A stretch of DNA of 64,000 nt, from positions 372,001-436,000 of the forward strand of contig RSEE01000001.1 in the NCBI GenBank assembly GCA_003971905.1, written 5' to 3'. The position numbers and the translations under genes were made by a program. Shown in pieces: positions 51,534-64,000 of this stretch. The DNA comes from Moniliella sp. 'wahieum' (lineage: Eukaryota). How positions within the stretch are numbered: position 1 is the stretch's first letter; every line of letters begins with the position of its first letter. The notes beneath the pieces were generated by a model, which was given only the letters and a program-made list of their open reading frames with translations, made no database searches and was not told where the DNA came from.

Positions 51534-53214
51534 TCATGCGGTCCCCAGCAATTGGCATCGCACGCACGCGCATACGCATACGCCTCGCGTAGTTCCTCGG
51601 ACTCTCGTTTTTCCCGGCTTGCGCCAAGCGTTTCGAGGTCCACCAGGTCCAGCGACTCGTCCTGGTCCCACTCGGACTCGGTCGTCCAGCCCTCGCCGGC
51701 GCTGGCCCCTGGGGCCAAGGCGGCAGAGGAGCTGGCAGCCGAGCTGAGGGGCGAGCTGGAGCGCATCCGCGCTGGGGGCGTCAGCCAATGACCTGTGATT
51801 GACAACGACCCGCCATCCGAGGGAGAAGGAGGCAGACGCGTAGGCGCAGTACGAGAAGCACGGTACGACCGCGAAGCTGCTACGCCAACCAGCACCAGCG
51901 CAGCAGCAAACGACGATCCAGCCACTGTTGCCGAGCAGCTTGATAAAATCAGCGTCGCCCGCGTGCCAGGAGGAGCCGTAGTAGTGACTGTAAAACGCGC
52001 CCGGTTGGATGTGCAGGCCTGGAGGCGGGTTCTGCAGCTGCCATAGAGGATCTGAGGCAAGATGCGAATGCCGGTTGTGCCGCGTCGTGGCGCTCGACTG
52101 TCGAAGGCAGCGCCGATCCATGCAAGCGCGTGTACTGGCCATAGGCACCATGAAAACATGGGCCAGTCGAGAACATGACGGTGGCATACGGGATCAGGTA
52201 GTTTTTGTTCCACTGGCCAATCAGCTGGATCGCTGGGTGAAAAACGGATGGCTCGGGGCGGAGAGCATCAGGTCGTTGGTACGCCCACCGGCTTGGTTTG
52301 GGGCAACACCACTTCAAACTGAAGCAAGGGGTCCATGGGCCGGACGCAACCCATGTCCAAGTCCATATAGATGCCGCCATAGCGGTGCAAGACAAAGTAG
52401 CGAATCGCATCGGCGCGCTCAATGTTGTAAGGGTAGGCATCAAACGTGGGCAGGAACCAAGCGTACTCGGCCGCAATAAAGGCCCGCGCATCGTCGTCGG
52501 TCCAAAGAATGTAATCGTAGTCCGGGTGCATGGCGCGGCACCCTTGCACATTCTCCTTCCACTTGGCCGGCACCGACGCTGTCTTCCACGTTTGGTGGAT
52601 CAGACGCGGGATCTGCTCCCCTTGCCTGCGAGGACGGGTGCCATTGTAGCGGCCAGGCTCAAAGTGGCCAAAGTAGGCACTGGCATTGTAGGTGGGAGCC
52701 CACGTACCGGGCGACACGCGCCGAGAAGGGTGGGGAGCCGCCGAGGTGGGTGTGGTAACGTCGGAAGCGGGGCTGGATGCAGCGGCAGCACGGGACCAGA
52801 GGGATCGGAGGGAGAAGAGCTGGGCAATGTGGGGGTAATTGCGCTGCCAGTTGAGCTTGTGGTCGTCCTGGGCCGAGCCAGGGGGCGCAAGATTGTCGGG
52901 GCCAGACCGGTGGAGGAGGGGGCGTGATCGAAACGAGAGTCGGACCAGTGGAAGGCGGGGTAGACGAGGGTGATCTCGCTGGGAGTAAGGAGAGCGTGGG
53001 GATCGGTGTGGAAGAAGGCCCAGACCGTGCCGAGGACGACGAGGGTGCCAAAGAGCAGCAGGGCACCGATGGCGAGCAGGGTGGTGAGGGCGCGCACAGC
53101 ACGCGCTGGGCGAGCAGGGGCTGGGGACACGATCGGCGGCGGGGCAGGCGGCGGGGCAGGCAGCGGGGCAGGGCGTAGGCGGCGCACCGGCAGGCGATCA
53201 GCAGCAAGCATCAT
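51534..53214 (-). CDS. SUR1: Mannosylinositol phosphorylceramide synthase catalytic subunit (GT32, DXD)
   Basis: N-terminal TM, IPRLIHQTWKT, YILWTDDDARAFIAAEYAWFLPTFDAYPYNIERADAIRYFVLHRYGGIYMDLD, YATVMFSTGP, HYYGSSWH, and a second TM. Confidence 0.9.
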
Positions 53215-53507
53215 CGAGCACACGCAGACGCACCCAGGCGCATAGGCACACGGCGGGACCAGGCGAGGCGAGGCAGGGTGGAACCAGGGCGGAGGAGGGG
53301 CGCGAGAAGGAGGGGGCGGAGCAGAGAGGGGGCGCGCAGGAGAAGAAGGGGTGCGGCAGGACAAGTAGTAGTAGTAGCAGTGGTGTAGCAACCGAAAGAC
53401 CCGCTATTCTCGGCGAGAATCGAGGCGTGGCGGGCTGGTTGGGCACACTGGCGCGGTGGCGGCTGCCTGAGCGCGAGGCGCGACCCCCACTGGTGGAGCA
53501 TTTTGGT

Positions 53508-54700
53508 TGAACGTTGACATGTGACATGTGACATGGGCCACGCGCCACGCGCCGAAACGAAGATCATGCATCGTGTGTCCCATGTCATGCATCATGTCGG
53601 CTGCCCGTGCTTGAGGCTTGAAGCTTGAAGCTGGACCTGCACTTGGCAGTCGCAGCCCAGTCGCAGGCGCAGTCAGTCGCAGCTGCGTTGCACTTGCGGT
53701 CGCAGCCTGTCGCAACCAACCCGATGCAACTATGACTGATCATCTCGTTGAGCGGTCAGGCTGACCCCGCTCCAGGCCTCCCCTGCCGCCGCGCGAGGAG
53801 TGGCAGCCGAGTGGCAGGGGTGTGGCAGGGCGCCTGGGGTGGCATGGTGTGACCTGTGCCGGTGTGGCTGCCCAGCACCGGGCGTTGCCTGGACGTTCAA
53901 TATTCATGTCCAACTTCAGTACGTTCAACCTGAACAAGCCGTGGTAGTCGCTCAGTACTCACTTCACTAGCTTCACAGTCAAGCATTTTCAGTGCTGCGT
54001 CCAGGGGCAGGCAGGCGCAAGCGTGGGACAGCACAGCGCGCAGGCTGTGGGCGGTGCGCTTTTCTGCGGTGGATCGGCGGGGGCGCAGGAATGTGGGCGC
54101 CGCGGAGCGGGGGCAGTGTGCCCTGCATGTCAGCCCTCGGCCGTCGTCAGCCGTCGCTGCTCCGGCGCTCATCGATCATCGATCATTGCTTCAGCCTCTG
54201 CATCTGGCTGATGACATAAGCAGCCATCGATCATCGATCATCTGCCATCATGCGTGATCGATGGTCGCCATGCATATGCATCGTCGATGCCCTAACCCTA
54301 ATGCGCCCCCTGGCCACGTGTCGCCATGACATCACCGCTTGGCCCTGGCCAGAGCCCACCGACGCGCCCAGGCCATGCTGCCTGCAATAGCGAACGCTGG
54401 GCAAGTTGGCCCAGCCGACTGTACTGAGTACTGAGTAGAACTCAGCTGCAACCCGCTGCTCAACTGCCGACGGGCGTGCTGTTGCGCATTGCGCCCTCGA
54501 GCACGCCCTCAACGTTAAAGCCCATCGTCCATCGAGTTACTCCCTCTGCCTCGTGCCTACCTAGACCTACCTCCAAGGCATTCTGCATCGACCCTTCTCC
54601 GGTTGATCGCCTCGGTGGCCGACATGAAGGTAGAATTGATGCCCATCGCTGGCAAGAGCGGAATGAGCACTCAGACTGAGTACTGAGACTGAGTACAGAG
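53508..54700. repeat. Dense set of TGA-NNNN heptamer arrays in the SUR1/UBP15 divergent intergenic region
   Basis: TGAacgt (TGAcatg)3 at 53508; TGAggct (TGAagct)2 at 53612; (TCGATCA)2 at about 54172 and 54227; TGAgtac TGAgtag at about 54425; TGAgtac TGA at about 54678. Confidence 0.8.
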
Positions 54701-55366
54701 TCGTGCATACCGTTTTTGTGGTGCTCAGCTTGAGCGGCTCAATGTTCAATCACCACTGCTCCGTACTCTGGGCTATGTGACGTACCAGGTCAGGCCGATG
54801 ACGATGACAACAACAATGACAATGACGGAGGAGGACGAAGTTCCTGCATCTTGCCATCTGGATTGGATCGGAGCGCTTGAGCTGTTGATGCCTGCTGGTG
54901 CTGATGAGCGCTGGAGCCACCACCGCCAGGACCGGAACAAGATAACGGGTACGAGGAGCAGGAACGCTGGCCTTGTAATGAGATAGATGCTCGATACCGA
55001 TGCTCCTCGGCCTCGGCCGCGGCGCCTTGCTGCCCGAGCGCGTGGGGCACGCCGCTCAGCGTGGCCGCAGGCGCAGAGGCGACCCTGCCGCCCGCGCTGC
55101 CCGGCTCGGCGGGGGCGGCCGCTGCCAGAGCCAGGCCTCTGCGAGGCACAGGGGCAGCCAGCGGCGCCCAGGCCAGCTGAACATGGTGCAGATACACTGC
55201 CCCCGTGCCTCTGCCCCCCCCCCCCAGCGGGCGACGTCGACACGACATCCGCCGGCCAGTGCGCCTCTCGGACTTCCACCACCTCCACCACCTCCACCGC
55301 CGCCGGTGTTGCTGCTGCTGTTATTGCTACTGCTTCCTGCGAGTCTCGTGCAAACGGCTTGCTGCC

Positions 55367-59111
<3,745 letters not shown>

Positions 59112-59481
59112 CCTGTCGCTTGGCGTATCTGCGACCCGATCCAGTCGTCCTGGCGCATGGCTGTTGGCCCCTTGCTCATCCGTATCTCCATCTCCATTCC
59201 TACCCCATCTCTGTCGTCATCTTCATCGCTATCTCCATCTTTGGTCTCTGGCCCTGGCCCCTGGGCATTCCTATCTGCAGGATCCCTGGACCGAACCCAA
59301 CTCAATCCAACCTGCCGCCTTGCCCCTCCCGTCTTCCTCTGCTGCACTAGCACACCCATCTTTGCCTGCTTTTCTTGGTTTGTGGTTTGTAGCCGGGCCC
59401 ATTGCCCATGTCATTCTGCTTGGGGTAGGAAAGAGGTGAGGTATATATGAATCTGGTGATCTACGCGCATAGATGCCGGCG

Positions 59482-59959
59482 CTAATTGAGGTCCTGCATC
59501 AACACCTCTAGCATCGTAGGGTCCAACGCGTTGAGCCCCGCCTGGACCAGCTCGGGATAGGCGGCCTGGGCATGCTGAAGCGCAAAGCGCAGGTACTGTA
59601 CCAAGTCCGTCTGCGCCACACCGTATCTGCCGCGGCCAAGTTGCGCAGGCGCGCCGCGCCCGGACGGGCTCGGGTTAACTGTTGCCACGGACAAGTCACA
59701 TCGAAGTGCGAAAGGAGCATCTTCCGGGAAACAACCAGGCCCCACCGACAGTTCACGTAGTGCCCCGTAGCTTGGGGGACACCCTTACTCGGCGACACAT
59801 TCTTCGAGTTGCCTGTGTGGTAGCCCACCACGCGCTGCTTGGCTGAGCGCAAGCCAACCAACAAGGCTCCAATAACTTAGACTGCCAGGCCAGAAGTGAC
59901 CTTGCTGTCCCATCGCTCGTTGTAACTGCTGTCAGTATACAATTCCTGCGGTGGGCCAA
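59482..59959 (-). other. Orphan frameshifted coding-like fragment
   Basis: Overlapping ORFs end in GRYGVAQTDLVQYLRFALQHAQAAYPELVQAGLNALDPTMLEVLMQDLN*. No family recognised. Confidence 0.25.
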
Positions 59960-60269
59960 CGGTACGAGGGAGCCTGAGTACTATAGACCAGCAGTGTTAT
60001 CCAAGTAGCCCCATACCCCCGTCAAAGCCGTCCACAATGTTTTTGGGGACCAGGGTCTGCGCAGCATTGGCTGAGGGGCCGCACAGCAAAAACAGTGTCC
60101 GGTCTGGTGCAGGACGCGATCCATACAGCCCAGTGAGTTCCCATTTCACTGACGAAGTCGATGCACCCCCTTTTCCAAACACTTTTGCTCGCCTGCGGCT
60201 CGGGGGCCGAGCTGAGTCCCGGTAAGGAGAGGGGCTGGCGATGGGGCGGCTCACCCTCACGCCCAAGCC

Positions 60270-60845
60270 ATCGCATGTGCTCGCTTTAATACAGCCATCC
60301 TGAGATACATGGCACTCTCCAGTTTGGAAGACAAATCCCACACCAAAGAAGTATATGCTATAATGGCCCGCCGTCCACGACATCCACATGTTGACGTTGG
60401 TCCCGTAAGAAGTTTTGTAGTAATATATCTCTGTATAGGTGAAGCAGCGACGCAAGCATCGTCGACCCGTATCCAGAGAATGGCCACATCTTCTGCAACC
60501 CGTATACGAGTAAACACGCACGGGTCCGCCATAGTGTAGCCTCAGCCTCAGGATGGTTGGACATCAGGGCCTTCTTTAGCAGCCACACCTTACCATCCTC
60601 CCCTCCGAAATCCTTTGGCGGTTCCATGTACCCGTATTCGATTGGTTGGAGGTCGGCATAACGAAAAGCGGACACTGGCACATATTGCAAGTGAAAAAGG
60701 GCCAGTCAAGACGTAGTGCCAGAACGGTCAGCAGTATTAGCGTGAAGTGTGCAGTGGCAGCAGGGGCAGACAACGTAGCTGTATCATATTCAAGGCCAGG
60801 GCGTTAAAGGAAACCGTGTCCAACCCACCGGGCGCGACGTCGAAC
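60270..60845 (-). mobile_element. Decayed Ty1/copia reverse transcriptase (RVT_2) relic
   Basis: RARWVGHGFL*RPGLEYD, SAFRYADL..YMEPPKDF..KVWLLKKAL, DPCVF..ILWIRVDD and YFFGV..HVSQ are collinear with copia RT motifs. Stops and frameshifts present. Confidence 0.85.
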
Positions 60846-61636
60846 TAGCGGATGGAGTAGATGAAAACGGTGGCCGCCAAGTTGCACTGCATACCGCCCC
60901 GACAGAGGCGTTAACGGGCGGCAGGGGGTGCGTTACTATCTAGTTCGCGCAAGATGTGTTGGGGGAAATACGGTGGACGATGCAAATGCGCAACGAGATC
61001 GAAGTACCTTGCGCCAAGGGCCGGACCACGAGCGGGTGTTTCTGGATGGTGGCAATGCTGGCGCCAACGAGACGCCGTGGGATCCTGTCGCTCACGGCCG
61101 AGGTCGGCTCCAAACACGCTCGGCGCAGCCGTTGACTGCGATCCAGGCACCTCTACGCAAATGCGCTATGAGACCCTGGCCCCTACGCCGTGGTTGTCGA
61201 TGTGGACATGTGGACAGGGACGTGGCTTGCGGCTGCCCCGAGCCGAGGGGTGGCTGCTGTCCTCCACGGGTTGTGGTGGGCCGCGGTAAGAGGGATAGGA
61301 TTGGAGGATGGTCGCTGCGGTGTGGAGGAGCGATGGCTGCGGAGCGGCGCCGCATCGACAGGCACCAAGGGCGGACATCATGCATCAGGCATCATGTATG
61401 CGCGATCAGTGACAATCGATGGTCAGTCCGGTCAGTGCGCATCCGCTGCATGCAGCGGGGCGGTGCGATCAGATGGCCCCGCCGTATTTAGGCCTTGAGC
61501 AGCCGCCGTGCACATGTGCTCTGGCCGCTCCATCCCCCTCGTGCTCCCTCTCGTCCGCACCAGCATCCGCAGTCCTTCTTCCCCCCGCCCCCCTCAGCCT
61601 CCACCCTCGTCCCCGCGCCCTAGGACCATCACCATC

Positions 61637-63976
61637 ATGGGTTCCCCGACACCCTACAGCGCCGTCCCCCCTCGCCACAGGTGGCCAATGCCACTGCCAG
61701 CTCCACCTTCGAGCCCCTGCCCCCGCCTCTGGACGCCCCTGGTGGCCCCGAGGAATTCAACCCGTTTACCCCCCCGCCGCCCGGCACAGACGAGGCGCCT
61801 CCTTCGTACCGCGAGTCGGTCGCGGCCAAGGAGCCTGGTCGCCAACCTAGGTCTGGCAGTGGTCCATCAGGAGAGGCCAAGGCGCGGGAGCTGCACGAGC
61901 AACACTTTTTCCTCAACGTTCGCCTGATCACAGAGGCTACCTTCCGTCAATACCAGGGCTTTGATTTGGCACTCAACAACCGGCGCACCCAGTCGCTTGT
62001 AGACGTACCCAGTCTCAAAGTGCGGAAGACAGACCTGTTCCAAGCGGTCAAAGAGCAGATTGCCCAGCATTTTAATGTTCGCGCATCCGACTTCCGTGTA
62101 TGGGTGTTGGCTACCCGGCAAAACCAGACCGTTCGCCCAGATTGCATCGTGCCGGACAAGACGGAGCTGACGATTGACAAAGTTCGGGAACGTTATTCCG
62201 GCCGGTCGCAAGAGCTGCGGTTGTTTATCGAGTTTGACCTCCCGACCCTTCCGCCGCAGGCGCTGCAGCAAGACCCGGACTGGACCTTGGTCTTCCTCAA
62301 GCGCTTCAGTGTCCAGGACCAAACGCTCCTCGGATTTTCAAGCACATATGTCAAGCAGAGCGATCCCGTGGGCTCATTGGTGCCTGTGATCAACGAACTG
62401 ATCCAGCGGCCTCTCACTGCGCCGCTCTGGCTGTATGAGGAGACCAAGCCAACAATGATTGAGGCAATGAATGAACATACCAGCAGCTTTTCTGAGGCCG
62501 AGATCCAGTCTGGAGACATCATTTGCTTCCAAGAATTCATGCCACCATCCGAGGTGGAGGAGGCTCACGCCCAAGGTCGTTACACTACCGCGCTCGAGTT
62601 TTATGACTTTTTGGCCAACAAAGTTGACCTATGTTGAGATGTCGAGGGTGATCGAGAGAGTTGGTGAAGGGGAAAGCTATACCACACAGGCACTTCTCAC
62701 TGCGCGGGACCGGTGGGTCCCAAAGAAACATGGATTGGCTTTGCCCTTATATGAGACCAAAGCGTGTAACAAAAGGGGTCTAGAGCCGGAGTATCTCTCT
62801 AGAAACGCAATAGAAAGGGGAACGGAAACAACAAGTGGTGCTAGTAGGTTTGGTCTGAGGCATACCCCGAAACCAGTTTCAAATAAGTTTGAGGCAGTTT
62901 GTATCTTGGCTCAAACAATCGCAAAGTTTGGAGCAAGTGCGCTTTATTCAACAACCTATAGTGGTCAAGCCGGCGCCCAAGCAGACGAGTACGACGCAGT
63001 TGAACCTGTCCTTGCACCGCAACCTTTCGTACGATCTCTTGGCTCACCAGATCGGGGGGAAACTGGGGTGGGACCCGGCCAAGCTTCGTCTGTCCTACTT
63101 GTTCGACCCACCTCATCGCCATCAAGAGCACTGCCACTGTGGCCCTGTACGATGCGATGAACGCTCATCTCACCGAGCCTCCGGTTGTCTTGTTTTATGA
63201 GCTGCTGGACGTGCCCTTGACCGAGCTTGAGGCCAAGCGGAATTTGCGCATCTACTGGATGGGCATCCATAACAAGGAGGAGAGCGAGCGGACGTATTTG
63301 CTCAACCGCAATGCTCCGCTCAGTACGTTGCAAGAGGAGCTGGCCGTGGCGGAGAAGTTGACGGAGCATGCATCGGATCCAGTGCTCAAGCCCGGCCCCG
63401 ATGGGACGCTGCAGCCTGCGCTCGAACCGGTGCCAGCTACTTCGTTGGCCTACGCACGTCTGCCCGCGATGCGGGTGCGACTGTTTGAGATTTCACCCAA
63501 TGGCCGCTCCCAGCTCATCTTGCCGCCCAACAAGTACATTAGTGAGCTGGCCGAGCATGCCGAGCTGTTCGCCGAGGAGGTGCCTGGAGGAGTTGGAGTT
63601 GATCTGTGCCCATCAAGCGCGTCAGCACGATGCGACGGCGGGGGGGGACCTGAGCTCCCAGCGGCTGATTGAGGTGGCTCACTTTACCAAAGACCCGCAC
63701 CGAGCCAATGGCGTGCCGTTCCGGAGGGCGACCAAGCTGCGCTTGCGCGCTCGCCTCGCCTTGTCCGAGAAGGAGTTTGCCAAGATCAAGTTTGCGCTGC
63801 TGCGGCCCTTGTCCTATGGCTCCTATCGCGAGACGGAGTATCTCGACGACGAGGCGGTGCTGTACGACCTGGTGGCCAAGGGCTTTGTCTTGGGACTCGA
63901 TCATCTCGACCGCTCTACGCGCGGACACCGTCACGCTGCCGTATCGGCCTACGACCGTGGCATCCACATCTCCTAA
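61637..63976 (+). pseudogene. Chimeric partial duplicate of USP7/Ubp15: foreign PPxY-bearing N-terminus plus UBL region, no catalytic domain, split by a solo LTR
   Basis: 61873-64000 is near-identical to 57313 to about 59134. The upstream segment 61637-61872 is unrelated sequence; from 61681 it reads in frame into the duplicate (ORF 61681-62637). Confidence 0.85.
62632..62953. mobile_element. Solo LTR (322 bp), copia-type termini
   Basis: Starts TGTTGA and ends TCAACA, flanked by the direct repeat ACCTA (62627-62631 / 62954-62958). Absent from the paralogous site at about 58065. Confidence 0.93.
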
Positions 63977-64000
63977 CCTGTTTGCTTGGCGTATCTGCGA

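Noticed and set aside
90..54000. Many long overlapping or antisense ORFs in the ORF track
   Set aside because: Expected shadows of GC-rich coding sequence; Arg/Gly/Pro-rich with no motifs.
61190..61230. CRCGHVDRDVA resembling a TnpB/Fanzor zinc-finger/RuvC-III end
   Set aside because: No NAAxN, no RuvC-I/II motifs and no supporting ORF; likely chance.

Overview
GC-rich eukaryotic genomic DNA with short GT(A/G/C)NGT...CTRAC...YAG introns and a gene set typical of a basidiomycete, probably smut-like, fungus (the taxon is an inference). Almost every gene, including essential ones, has 1-2 nt frameshifts in homopolymers, so this looks like an unpolished long-read assembly and gene ends are approximate. 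About 19 protein-coding loci are supported: Stu2/XMAP215 (3' part), eIF5A, a sedolisin S53 peptidase, RPL7, a POT1-like protein, an ARO8-like aminotransferase, a DUF202 protein, a GPI-anchored secreted protein, a Msg5-type phosphatase, an F-BAR/RhoGAP protein, a METTL7-like methyltransferase, a multi-UIM protein, a single-pass membrane protein, a C2H2 transcription factor, a SUR1-like GT32 enzyme, USP7/Ubp15, and hypothetical proteins. Highlights: (1) a tandem partial duplicate of the USP7 C-terminal UBL region is fused in frame to a foreign N-terminus carrying a PPxY motif, and is interrupted by a 322-bp solo LTR with a 5-bp target-site duplication. (2) A box C/D snoRNA sits in the RPL7 intron. 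(3) A recurring family of 7-bp-period TGA-NNNN arrays, often with palindromic spacers, lies in the intergenic and promoter regions. (4) There are decayed Helitron, copia and gag zinc-knuckle relics.
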